Source of the DNA: an uncultured bacterium
GTDB taxonomy: Bacteria; Patescibacteriota; Minisyncoccia; UBA6257; GWB1-50-10
Direction of reading: 5' to 3'
Assembly (NCBI GenBank): GCA_903827975.1
Contig: CAIKKG010000005.1
Location: forward strand, 372-64,371
Length of the DNA stretch: 64,000 nucleotides
A program made the translations under genes and the position numbers. Position 1 is the stretch's first letter, and every line of letters starts with the position of its first letter. Below, piece by piece: positions 45,179-55,098 of the stretch. The notes under the pieces were generated by a model, which was given only the letters and a program-made list of their open reading frames with translations, ran no database searches and was not told the DNA's origin.

Positions 45179-47029
45179 ATGGATACAATACGAAAAGACA
45201 TAAGAAATATTGCTATTATTGCGCACGTCGACCATGGAAAGACAACGCTTGTTGACGCACTTTTAAAGCAGTCTGAGAACTTCCGTTTGAAGGCAGATGA
45301 CGATAAGGATTTGATAATGGATTCAAACGAACTCGAAAGAGAGCGTGGAATTACTATTTTTTCAAAAAACGCGACAATTCACTACAAGGGTGTGAAGGTT
45401 AACATTGTTGATACTCCAGGACACGCTGATTTCGGTGGAGAGGTTGAGCGAATCATGCGTATGGTTGATGGTGTTTTGCTTTTAGTTGATGCAAAGGAGG
45501 GCCCGATGCCGCAGACAAAATTTGTTTTAAGAAAAGCTATTCAGGCAGGACACAAGGTTATTGTAGTTGTGAACAAAATTGATAAGCCCGATGCACGACC
45601 AATGTGGGCACTTGATCAGACATTTGATTTGTTTATTGAGCTTGGTGCTTCTGATGAGCAGTCAAATTTCCCAGTAATTTATGCAGCTGGCTCACAAGGT
45701 AAGGCTGGATTAGTACCTGAGCTTGATACGATGAATGACGTCATTCCACTTTTTGATGCAATTTTGCGTTATATGCCCGGTCCAAGAATTTCAGAGGTAA
45801 ATCCACTTCAGATGTTAACGGTCAGTTTGTTTTATGATAACTATAAAGGAAAGATTGCAATTGGACGTTTGTACTCAGGAACTCTAAAAAAGGGAATGCG
45901 TGTTATGCACGTAAACCGCAAGGGCGAGATGAAGAAAGTTGAGATTGCTTCCGTTTTGGGTTTTGACGGAATGAAGCGTATTGATGTAGATGAGGCAACG
46001 GCCGGAGATATAGTGTGTATAAGCGGAATTTCTGATGTATCTATTGGAGAGACAATTACTGATATTGAGAATCCGATGCCATTGCCACCAATTGAGATTG
46101 ATGAGCCGACAATCAAAATGGTTTTTGGTGTTAACACATCACCATTTACTGGTAAGGAGGGTTCATATTCAACATCACGCAATTTGCGCGAAAGATTGAT
46201 GCGTGAGCTAGAGACTGATGTAGCACTTTCTGTAACAGCAACTGATTCGCCAGATAAGTGGACTGTAGCAGGACGCGGAGAGTTACACCTCTCAATCATC
46301 ATTGAGAAGATGAGACGTGAGGGATTTGAACTTGAGGTTTCTAAGCCACAGGTTATTTTTCATGAAACAGATGGTAAGAAAAAAGAACCAGTTGAACTTG
46401 TCTCATTTGAGGTTCCCGAGGAGTTTGGTGGAACTGTTATCGAAATGATGGGACGTAGACTCGGCATTATGAAAGATATGCGCGTGGATCGTGGAACAAC
46501 GCACATGGACTTTAATGTTCCGACAAGAGGTCTTATTGGAATTAGAAATGCATTCCTTACAAGTACAAAAGGAAAGGGTATTATGAATAGCATCTTTTTG
46601 GGATATGAGGATTATAAAGGTGATCTTCCACCAGAACTTCATGGCTCTCTTGTATCATCTGATAATGGCGAATCTAATAGTTATGGTCTTATTACTGCAC
46701 AGGGCAGAGGAAGGCTTTTCATCGGCCCAGCAATACAGGTGTATGAGGGTATGGTTATTGGTCAGAATGCAAAAGCGGATGATATTTTATTGAACATTTG
46801 TAAAACAAAAGAGCTTACCAATTTTAGAACAAAAAACTTCGGTATTCAGGAAACTCTTGATGTGCCAAAGGAGATGGGACTTGAGGACGCACTTGATTAT
46901 ATTGCGGACGATGAGCTTGTAGAGGTAACGCCAAAGACCATTCGCATTAGAAAAACTTTCCTTAGGGAGAGTGATAGAAAGAAGTTTGATAGGGATTCAA
47001 AGAATTCAAAGGCTGAGCAGGTAATATAG
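45179..47029 (+). CDS. typA: translational GTPase TypA/BipA
   Basis: [19 protein letters not shown]; EF-G-like domain order; 616 aa. Confidence 0.9.
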   Translation: MDTIRKDIRNIAIIAHVDHGKTTLVDALLKQSENFRLKADDDKDLIMDSNELERERGITIFSKNATIHYKGVKVNIVDTPGHADFGGEVERIMRMVDGVLLLVDAKEGPMPQTKFVLRKAIQAGHKVIVVVNKIDKPDARPMWALDQTFDLFIELGASDEQSNFPVIYAAGSQGKAGLVPELDTMNDVIPLFDAILRYMPGPRISEVNPLQMLTVSLFYDNYKGKIAIGRLYSGTLKKGMRVMHVNRKGEMKKVEIASVLGFDGMKRIDVDEATAGDIVCISGISDVSIGETITDIENPMPLPPIEIDEPTIKMVFGVNTSPFTGKEGSYSTSRNLRERLMRELETDVALSVTATDSPDKWTVAGRGELHLSIIIEKMRREGFELEVSKPQVIFHETDGKKKEPVELVSFEVPEEFGGTVIEMMGRRLGIMKDMRVDRGTTHMDFNVPTRGLIGIRNAFLTSTKGKGIMNSIFLGYEDYKGDLPPELHGSLVSSDNGESNSYGLITAQGRGRLFIGPAIQVYEGMVIGQNAKADDILLNICKTKELTNFRTKNFGIQETLDVPKEMGLEDALDYIADDELVEVTPKTIRIRKTFLRESDRKKFDRDSKNSKAEQVI

Positions 47030-47137
47030 GCTTTAGGATTACCTCTAAAATAATGATATAATTTACACATAAAGATGTGTGATGCATTTTCGCGTTACAA
47101 ATCTGAAAAAAAGTCGCTTATAAAAAATTATTTTTAG

Positions 47138-47473
47138 ATGAAAATAGATATTTCGTGTGTGGGACTGGATCTAACACAGGCATTTAGTGATTATGTTGAG
47201 GAGAAGATTGGTTCATGCAGTGATTTCGTAAAGCGATTTGAAGAAAAAGGAGAACTAAATTTATTCTTTAAAATTGCAAGAACAACAAAGCACCACATAC
47301 ATGGAGATGTGTTTACTGCGGAGGCAATGATTCAACTTCCTGGAAAAATGGTTCATGCTAAGTCAATAGGTTCCGATGCACGAGCAGTTGTTGATGAGTT
47401 GAAGGATGAATTGAAAATTGAATTAAGAAAACAAAAAGAAAAGGCCGTTTCAAAATCAAAAGGGAGAAAATAA
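47138..47473 (+). CDS. hpf: ribosome hibernation promoting factor (short HPF/RaiA)
   Basis: 111 aa; MKIDISCVGLDLTQAFSDYVEEKI...KSIGSDARAVVDEL pattern. Confidence 0.75.
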   Translation: MKIDISCVGLDLTQAFSDYVEEKIGSCSDFVKRFEEKGELNLFFKIARTTKHHIHGDVFTAEAMIQLPGKMVHAKSIGSDARAVVDELKDELKIELRKQKEKAVSKSKGRK

Positions 47474-47483
47474 ATTTAAAATA

Positions 47484-49046
47484 ATGAAAAAATCAAAAAG
47501 AAAATATGTATGGCTCTCCATTCTACTGGTAATATTATCAATCGGTGGATTTTTTTGGATGCGCGCAAATAGCAAGCCAATATATGAAAAAGCAACAGTT
47601 ACGCGTGGTGATATAACAGAAAATGTTTCAGTAACTGGAAGAGTTAAATCTTCTGAGAGCGTTACGCTCGCATTTGAGAAGGGTGGCAAGGTTGCAAATG
47701 TAAATGTAAAAATTGGTGACAAGGTTTCTGCTGGTCAACAACTAGCTCGCCTTGATTCAACAGATCTTTCGGCACAATTACTTCAGGCAGAAGCTAATGT
47801 TGATATGCAGAGAGCAAAGCTTGAAGAATTGAAGAGCGGTACTCGTCCTGAGCAGATTTCAGTAAAGCGTGCGGAGCTTCAGAAGGCTGAGCGGGATCTT
47901 ACCAATCTTTATTCAAGTGTTCACGATGTTATAAATGATGCATATGTGAAGGCGGACGATGCGGTTCGTTCAAAGGCTGACCAGTTATTTACAAATGCTG
48001 ATACCGAAGTATTACAACTTGCGATTTCAGTTTCTGATTCTCAGGTACAGGTTGATGCGACTAACCTAAGACGTCAGTCATCAGTTCATCTTGCTGATTG
48101 GAAAAGGGAGTTAGCATCTTTTTCATCTTCAACAACCCGCACGGAATTAGATTCCATGTTAAAGGGTAGTGAGGCACATCTCAGCGTTATCAGAAATTTT
48201 TTGGCTAGAGCGTTTGATGTGGTTGATAAGTCTGTTGGTATTTCTCAAACAAGTATTAGCACATTTAAATCGAATATCGGCATTGGTAGGGCTAATGTGA
48301 GTCTTGCGATTTCTGCAATAACCGGACAGGAGCAGGCGATCTCAGCACAACTTACAACCGTTGAGCGTGTTAATAATGAATTAGCTCTTTTAGAGGCTGG
48401 CTCTACCCCGCAGAGCATTTCTGCTCAAGATGCTCAGGTAAAACAGGCTGAGGCGAGCGTCTCATCTATAAATGCGCAAATAACAAAAACATTTTTGTAT
48501 TCACCGATTTCAGGAATTGTTACAAAGCAGGATGTAAAGACTGGCGAGATTGCTGTTCCAAATATTGCACTTGTTTCTGTTATGGCTGAGGCCAGTCTTG
48601 AGATTGAGGCAAATATTCCGGAAGTTGATGTTGGTCGCATTGCTGTTGGAAATGTTGTTAGCATCACACTCGACGCATTTCCAGGGGAGACTTTTGCTGG
48701 AAAGGTATCTTACATTGACCCAGCAGAGACAATCATTGATGGGGTTGTAAACTTTAAGATCACAATATTATTTAATGAGATGAATGCGAAATTCAGAAGT
48801 GGTCTTACAGCAAACCTTGAGATTGAGAGTGCTAAGAAGATGGGGGTTTTAATACTTCCTGAATTTGCTGTCGTAGAAAATGACAATGGTAAGTTCGTTC
48901 GAAGATTAAATGTAGATGGTACAACAACAGACATTCCTGTAAAAATTGGAATTCGAAGCAGTGACGGATTTGTAGAGATTAAGGATGGAGTTGTGGAGGG
49001 CGCCTCATTTATAAATGTAGGTCTGAAGACTAGCACGGCTAACTAA
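47484..49046 (+). CDS. HlyD/MacA-family periplasmic adaptor (membrane fusion protein)
   Basis: N-terminal TM, lipoyl-like hairpin, long coiled coil, beta-barrel. Confidence 0.75.
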   Translation: MKKSKRKYVWLSILLVILSIGGFFWMRANSKPIYEKATVTRGDITENVSVTGRVKSSESVTLAFEKGGKVANVNVKIGDKVSAGQQLARLDSTDLSAQLLQAEANVDMQRAKLEELKSGTRPEQISVKRAELQKAERDLTNLYSSVHDVINDAYVKADDAVRSKADQLFTNADTEVLQLAISVSDSQVQVDATNLRRQSSVHLADWKRELASFSSSTTRTELDSMLKGSEAHLSVIRNFLARAFDVVDKSVGISQTSISTFKSNIGIGRANVSLAISAITGQEQAISAQLTTVERVNNELALLEAGSTPQSISAQDAQVKQAEASVSSINAQITKTFLYSPISGIVTKQDVKTGEIAVPNIALVSVMAEASLEIEANIPEVDVGRIAVGNVVSITLDAFPGETFAGKVSYIDPAETIIDGVVNFKITILFNEMNAKFRSGLTANLEIESAKKMGVLILPEFAVVENDNGKFVRRLNVDGTTTDIPVKIGIRSSDGFVEIKDGVVEGASFINVGLKTSTAN

Positions 49047-49759
49047 TGATTCATCTAAAGAATTTAGAGAAAAAATATGTTGATGATGGCGAGACGACCA
49101 ATGCGTTGCGCGATGTTTCGTTTGAAATTAAAAAAGGAGAGTTTGTCGCTATAATGGGTCCGTCAGGTTCTGGAAAATCTACGCTTCTTCACATACTAAG
49201 TTTTTTAGATAGACCGACTAACGGAGAATACGTATTTAACGGGAAAAGTATTTCAGAATTAACGGATAAGGAGATGGCTCATATTCGAAACAAGGAGATG
49301 GGGTTCGTTTTTCAGTCTTTCAATTTGTTATCGAGGCTTTCCGTGTTTGAAAATGTGTCTATGCCACTTATGTATTCACTCGACATAACAATTGCAAAAA
49401 GAAAACACCTTGTTGAAAAAGCAGTTGCAAGTGTGGGACTTACTGAAAAACTGTATGCGGAGGCTGGTAAGCTTTCTGGTGGTCAGAAACAACGCGTAGC
49501 AATAGCTCGCGCACTTGTTAATGACCCAGATGTTATATTTGCTGATGAGCCAACAGGCAATTTAGACTCTAAGTCAGGAGCCCAGGTAATGGAGATTTTG
49601 CACGACTTACATGAAGATGGGCACACAATCATACTTGTTACACACGAGACTTATACTTCTGAATTTGCTAACCGCTTAATTCATATTAAGGATGGCCTCG
49701 TTGAGTCTGATGAGCCAATTAAGAAGACAAGAAAAGCAAGGTCAGAATTTTTCAAATAA
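49046..49759 (+). CDS. ABC transporter ATP-binding protein (MacB/LolD type)
   Basis: Walker [10 protein letters not shown], signature LSGGQKQR, Walker B. Confidence 0.85.
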   Translation: MIHLKNLEKKYVDDGETTNALRDVSFEIKKGEFVAIMGPSGSGKSTLLHILSFLDRPTNGEYVFNGKSISELTDKEMAHIRNKEMGFVFQSFNLLSRLSVFENVSMPLMYSLDITIAKRKHLVEKAVASVGLTEKLYAEAGKLSGGQKQRVAIARALVNDPDVIFADEPTGNLDSKSGAQVMEILHDLHEDGHTIILVTHETYTSEFANRLIHIKDGLVESDEPIKKTRKARSEFFK

Positions 49760-51003
49760 TGAGAACCCAAGATTCAATAAAAATAGCACTATCAAGTGTT
49801 CAACACGCAAAGACAAGATCATTCTTAACAATGCTCGGAATTGTTATTGGAATCTCCTCGGTTATTTTACTAATGTCTATCGGTAATTCAGCGCAAGCTC
49901 TCATTGTTAATCAGGTTAAGGGTGTAGGATCAAATCTCATATTCGTTATTCCAGGTGGTTCAAAGAGTGGAAGATTTTCTGCGCCAGCATCATCACAAGG
50001 CGTAATTATTAAAACATTGGTTAAGGATGATATATCAACACTTGAGAGGAATGCTGCAATAACAGGCGTTGAGCCTGAGGTACGTGGTCAAGCAAAGATT
50101 GTTTATGGAAACAATGATACAACTGTTACATTTTTAGGTGTGCGAGGAAATTTCTTTAATATTCGTAGTTACAATGTTGATAGGGGGCGACCATTTACTA
50201 ATAGTGATGTTGAGTCATATGAGCACGTTGTTGTATTGGGCTCAGAGACCGCAAAAACTCTTTTTGGTAATTATGACCCAGTTGGAAAATCTGTTCGTTT
50301 AAAAGATATATCATTTCGCGTTGTCGGGATTCTTGAGAAGAAGGGGGTTGGCGCTTTTGGTATAGATCAGGATAATCTCGCAGTTGTTCCTCTTACTGTT
50401 GGGCAGAAGCAGTTACTTGGAATAGATTATTATAATGCGATTACTGTTCAGGCAAGTGATGCATATACACCAGAGTTTGTAAAAGCACGAGTAACTTCAA
50501 TAGTTCGCGAGAGTCATAGAATTACAGATCCAAATAAAGACGACTTCACGGTTAGAACGCAGGAGGACATCCTATCGCTTTTGGGTAATATTACTTCAAT
50601 TCTTACATTGTTCCTTACATCCATCGCATTTATTTCTCTTGTTGTTGGAGGCATAGGAATTATGAATATCATGTTGGTCGCTGTTATTGAGCGAACTAGA
50701 GAGATAGGATTACGCAAAGCAGTTGGTGCAACAAACTCCGATATTTTACAACAGTTTTTATGGGAGTCTGTTATCCTTACGTTTTTCGGTGGATTGATAG
50801 GAATATTTTTCGGAGCACTTTTTACTGTCGTACTGTATTTTATTCTTGTGTACTTCGTTCAGATTGATTGGGTTTTCGCATTACCAATGTCTGCAATTTG
50901 GCTCTCGGTCGGCGTATCAACGTTTACTGGAATTTTGTTTGGTATCTACCCATCGCGAGAAGCAGCGAAGAAAAATCCTATTGAGGCATTGCGATACGAG
51001 TAG
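49759..51003 (+). CDS. ABC transporter permease, FtsX/MacB-like
   Basis: N-terminal TM + large periplasmic domain + 3 C-terminal TM. Confidence 0.8.
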   Translation: MRTQDSIKIALSSVQHAKTRSFLTMLGIVIGISSVILLMSIGNSAQALIVNQVKGVGSNLIFVIPGGSKSGRFSAPASSQGVIIKTLVKDDISTLERNAAITGVEPEVRGQAKIVYGNNDTTVTFLGVRGNFFNIRSYNVDRGRPFTNSDVESYEHVVVLGSETAKTLFGNYDPVGKSVRLKDISFRVVGILEKKGVGAFGIDQDNLAVVPLTVGQKQLLGIDYYNAITVQASDAYTPEFVKARVTSIVRESHRITDPNKDDFTVRTQEDILSLLGNITSILTLFLTSIAFISLVVGGIGIMNIMLVAVIERTREIGLRKAVGATNSDILQQFLWESVILTFFGGLIGIFFGALFTVVLYFILVYFVQIDWVFALPMSAIWLSVGVSTFTGILFGIYPSREAAKKNPIEALRYE

Positions 51004-51024
51004 AAAAAAGAATCTAACAAATCT

Positions 51025-52314
51025 ATGAAAATAAAATCTATTCACGCACGAGAAATATTAGACTCACGAGGAAATCCAACCATTGAGACAGATGTTATAT
51101 TGGAGGATGGAACGCCTGGAAGGGCATCTGTACCCTCAGGTGCATCTACCGGGGCACACGAGGCTCATGAGCTAAGAGACATAGATTTAAAAAGGTTTAA
51201 TGGACTTGGTGTATTGCGTGCAGTAGAAAATGTAAATAATGAGATTGCGAATGCACTTATTGGTATGGAAGCTGATAATCAGAGTGCAATCGATGAGAAA
51301 TTGATTGCTCTTGATGGTACTGAGAATAAAGAAAGATTGGGCGCAAATGCAATTCTATCAGTTTCGCTTGCTGTGGCACACGCAGTCGCGCATTACAAAA
51401 AGCTGCCATTATTCGCATATATACAAACGCTCTCAGATATTAAGCGCGATTTTATATTACCACTCCCGTTATGCAATGTTATAAACGGTGGCGCTCATGC
51501 AGAAAATTCAACTGATATACAGGAGTTTATGATTGCTCCTGTGGGATTTACCTCATTTCATGAGGCGCTTCGCGCATCTTCTGAGGTATTTCATTGTTTG
51601 AAAAAAGCATTATCAGACCGTGGGTATGCAACAACAGTCGGTGATGAGGGTGGTTATGCTCCTAACCTGAAAAATGGAAACGCAGAAGCACTAGATTGTA
51701 TTTCAGAGGCGGTTACATCGGCTGGATATGAACTTAAAAAGGATTTTGTGCTTGCGCTTGATGTCGCATCATCCGAATTTTTTCATGATGGAAAATATAC
51801 ACTCAAACAGGAGGGGAAAGTGTTTTCTTCTGATGAGATGATTGATTGGGTTTCCGATTTAAGAGAAAAATATGAGATAGCTTCTATTGAGGACGGACTT
51901 TCCGAGGATGACTGGGCCGGCTGGACTAAGCTTACCGAGTCACTTGGGTCCACAACACAATTAGTAGGTGATGACCTTCTTGTAACTAATACTAAATTTT
52001 TGGAGCGAGCAATAAGAGAAAAATCTGGGAACGCTATTCTAATTAAAATGAATCAGATAGGGACACTTACAGAAACGATTAGAGCAATTCGCATGGCTCA
52101 AGAGGTTGGGTGGAATACAATTATTTCACATCGCTCTGGTGAGACAGATGATACTACCATTGCACATCTATCAGTTGGATTGGGAGTATTAGAAATAAAA
52201 ACTGGTTCATTGAGTAGGGGCGAGAGAACTGCAAAATATAATGAGTTATTGCGTATTGAGGAGGCACTTGGCAATAATGCGCGGTTTGCGGGAGGTAGCG
52301 CGTTTACTAAGTAA
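51025..52314 (+). CDS. eno: enolase
   Basis: IHAREILDSRGNPTIE; full-length match. Confidence 0.95.
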   Translation: MKIKSIHAREILDSRGNPTIETDVILEDGTPGRASVPSGASTGAHEAHELRDIDLKRFNGLGVLRAVENVNNEIANALIGMEADNQSAIDEKLIALDGTENKERLGANAILSVSLAVAHAVAHYKKLPLFAYIQTLSDIKRDFILPLPLCNVINGGAHAENSTDIQEFMIAPVGFTSFHEALRASSEVFHCLKKALSDRGYATTVGDEGGYAPNLKNGNAEALDCISEAVTSAGYELKKDFVLALDVASSEFFHDGKYTLKQEGKVFSSDEMIDWVSDLREKYEIASIEDGLSEDDWAGWTKLTESLGSTTQLVGDDLLVTNTKFLERAIREKSGNAILIKMNQIGTLTETIRAIRMAQEVGWNTIISHRSGETDDTTIAHLSVGLGVLEIKTGSLSRGERTAKYNELLRIEEALGNNARFAGGSAFTK

Positions 52315-52412
52315 TTTTATATATGAAACATTTTGAATTTATTTTATTTGCTATATTTGCAGTCGGTTTATTATATATTGGGTATTCAATGCTAGGTGCT
52401 AGATAATATGAC

Positions 52413-53054
52413 ATGCCCAACCAAGCAGAAGAAAAGAATTTAAAAAAGAGAGCATTAAAAATAGTTACGACTTTAAAGAAAATTTATCCGCGTGAGCGTG
52501 TTTTTTTGAACTTTAAAACACCGTTAGAACTTCTTATTGCTGTGATTCTTTCTGCACAGTGTACAGACAAAAAGGTTAATGAGGTAACTGAAAAATTATT
52601 TAAAAAATATAAGACCCTAAATGCATATTTAAATGCTGATAAAACCGAGTTCGAAAATGACATTAGGCCCACCGGGTTTTATAAAACAAAAGCAAAACAT
52701 ATTTTAGCAACGGTTAAATTAATAAAGTCACAATTTCGAGGTTGCGTTCCAAATACAATGGAGGAACTTTTAACACTTAAGGGTGTTGGTAGGAAAACTG
52801 CAAATATAGTTCTTGAAAGCGCTTACGGCATCATAGTCGGGATTCCCGTTGATACTCATGTTCGGCGTCTCGCTAGGATTTGGGGTCTTACAAAAGAGAG
52901 TAATCCTGTAAAAATCGAAAAAGACCTAATGGAACTTATCCCCAGGAAGGAGTGGGCTGGGCTTTCATATAGGATAATCGCATACGGGAGAGAGCATTGC
53001 CCGTCAAAAAAGCATCAGCATAAAGAGTGTCCAATTTCAAAGATAGCAGTATAA
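52413..53054 (+). CDS. nth: endonuclease III (HhH-GPD glycosylase); C-terminal cluster is C-x4-H-x-H-x2-C rather than 4Cys
   Basis: LKGVGRKTANIVL, VDTHVRR; only two Cys in the C-terminal loop. Confidence 0.8.
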   Translation: MPNQAEEKNLKKRALKIVTTLKKIYPRERVFLNFKTPLELLIAVILSAQCTDKKVNEVTEKLFKKYKTLNAYLNADKTEFENDIRPTGFYKTKAKHILATVKLIKSQFRGCVPNTMEELLTLKGVGRKTANIVLESAYGIIVGIPVDTHVRRLARIWGLTKESNPVKIEKDLMELIPRKEWAGLSYRIIAYGREHCPSKKHQHKECPISKIAV

Positions 53055-53061
53055 TATATAC

Positions 53062-53949
53062 ATGAAGTCGCACATTGTTGTATTCGGAATGGGCGATATA
53101 GGAAGTGCAATCGCATCTATTTTGCGGAAAAATAAGCACGCAGTTAATCCTTGGGACAAGTCTCCAGGGAGGGTTAGTGGGCAGAAATCACTTTTTGAAA
53201 TTGTTCCACGCGCTGAAATTATATTTTTATGTGTACCATCGTGGTGTCTACCATCAGTAGTGCGTTCAATAAAACCATTTGTTCATAAGCAGACGATTCT
53301 CGTAAGTCTTTCAAAAGGACTTCAGGCAGACAGTAAGAAAAATGCACATGAGTTTCTTTCCGATGCATTCCCTGATAATCCTATAATGTATTTTGGCGGT
53401 GCGATGCTTGCAAACGAGCTTAAGGCTGGAATGCCTGGATTTGGTGTTTTAGCCGGAAAAAATTCCGTAGCAAGAGAGCGAGTCGCAAATCTTTTTAAAG
53501 GCTCACCACTTAAGGTAACAACTTCTAGTGATATTGTTGGTGTTGTGTCTTCTGGTGTTTTGAAAAATATATACGCGATAGGTTTAGGAATGGCAAAGGA
53601 ACTTAATTGGGGGGAGAATGCCCGTGCATGGTTTGCATTTAATGCGAATAGTGAGATGGAATTAATTGTTGCACATTTGGGTGGTAAAAAGGGCACGGCA
53701 AGTGGTGTTGCTGGAACAATTGATCTTATCGCAACTGGTTTTAGTACATATTCAAAAAATGTTGAGGCTGGAGAGATGATTGTGAAGAAAAATAAATCAA
53801 TTCCACAGACCGAGGGAGTATTATCCATTGAACCACTATCTAAAATTCTAAAATCAGAAATTAATAAATTTCCTTTTTTGCGCGCAGTTTATAGAGCATC
53901 AACAAATAAAGAAGAGCCACAAGAAGTTTTTCGTAAATTATTAAAATAA
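53062..53949 (+). CDS. gpsA: NAD(P)H-dependent glycerol-3-phosphate dehydrogenase
   Basis: Rossmann FGMGDIG; LKNIYAIGLGMAKEL...ENARAW matches GpsA core. Confidence 0.65.
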   Translation: MKSHIVVFGMGDIGSAIASILRKNKHAVNPWDKSPGRVSGQKSLFEIVPRAEIIFLCVPSWCLPSVVRSIKPFVHKQTILVSLSKGLQADSKKNAHEFLSDAFPDNPIMYFGGAMLANELKAGMPGFGVLAGKNSVARERVANLFKGSPLKVTTSSDIVGVVSSGVLKNIYAIGLGMAKELNWGENARAWFAFNANSEMELIVAHLGGKKGTASGVAGTIDLIATGFSTYSKNVEAGEMIVKKNKSIPQTEGVLSIEPLSKILKSEINKFPFLRAVYRASTNKEEPQEVFRKLLK

Positions 53950-55022
53950 TGCGTATTGTTGCACATATAGATATGGATGCTTTTTTTGCGTCTGTGGAAG
54001 AGCGGGATAATGAGAGATTTGTCGGACTTCCTATTGTGGTTGGCTCGGATCCAGAGGGTGGTAAGGGTAGGGGTGTTGTTTCAACCGCAAATTATAAAGC
54101 ACGTGAATATGGAATTCGCTCAGCACTTCCAATATCCAAAGCATGGGAGTATTCGGAGAATGCAAAGCGAGCTGGAAAACCACCGGCAATTTTTTTAGGT
54201 GTAAACATGAGGCTTTATTCTGATGTATCAAGTCATATTATGGAGATTGTTGAACAATACTCAGAAGAATTTGAACAGGCGAGCGTTGACGAGATGTATT
54301 TTGATTTAAGCCATCTTGGTAGTTTTGAAGAGGCAGAGAGGGCGTGCAAAAAACTAAAAAAAGAAATAAAAGACAGAGAGCGCCTATCATGCTCAATAGG
54401 TATTGGGCCAAACAAACTTATTGCAAAAATTGCTTCAGATTTTCAAAAACCTGATGGACTAACAGTTGTAACAAATTCTGAGGCCGAGAAGTTTCTAGAG
54501 CCGCTAACAATCCGGAAAATTCCTGGCATAGGCCCAAAAACCGAGGAGATACTAAATAATAAGGGAATTAATAAGGTTAAGGATTTAAAGAAATTTGAAT
54601 TAGGCGAGCTAAAGGAACTACTTGGTAAATTTGGCGGTGATCTATATCTAAAGGTTCGCGGAATTGATAACACTGAGATTGTCGAGGAGCATGAGGCTAA
54701 ATCAATAGGCGAGCAGGAAACATTTATGCAAAACACACTTGACGCGAATGTTATTACTGAAAGATTAAATCACTTGTGCACGACAGTCTTCAAAAGGTTC
54801 GCTAAAAGCGGATTTAAATATTTTCGTACAATCTCAATAACTGTTCGCTTTGGTGACTTTGAAACTAAATCTCGAGCACATACATTTAGTGAAAACGTGA
54901 AAGAATTAAGTGTTCTTGAATTTGAGTCGTTGAAACTTCTCTTGCCTTTTTTTGATGCGCGTGAGAATCCTAAGAGAAAAGCAATACGTCTTGTCGGTGT
55001 GAAGGTGGAAAAACTATCTTAA
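53949..55022 (+). CDS. dinB: DNA polymerase IV (Y-family)
   Basis: IAHIDMDAFFASVEER; SIDEMYFDL; HhH. Confidence 0.85.
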   Translation: MRIVAHIDMDAFFASVEERDNERFVGLPIVVGSDPEGGKGRGVVSTANYKAREYGIRSALPISKAWEYSENAKRAGKPPAIFLGVNMRLYSDVSSHIMEIVEQYSEEFEQASVDEMYFDLSHLGSFEEAERACKKLKKEIKDRERLSCSIGIGPNKLIAKIASDFQKPDGLTVVTNSEAEKFLEPLTIRKIPGIGPKTEEILNNKGINKVKDLKKFELGELKELLGKFGGDLYLKVRGIDNTEIVEEHEAKSIGEQETFMQNTLDANVITERLNHLCTTVFKRFAKSGFKYFRTISITVRFGDFETKSRAHTFSENVKELSVLEFESLKLLLPFFDARENPKRKAIRLVGVKVEKLS

Positions 55023-55098
55023 TAGTATAACGTTTGATTATTCTGTTGTGCGTGAATACAATGAACTTAACTAACAAGTATAGTAACCGATTTCAGAA

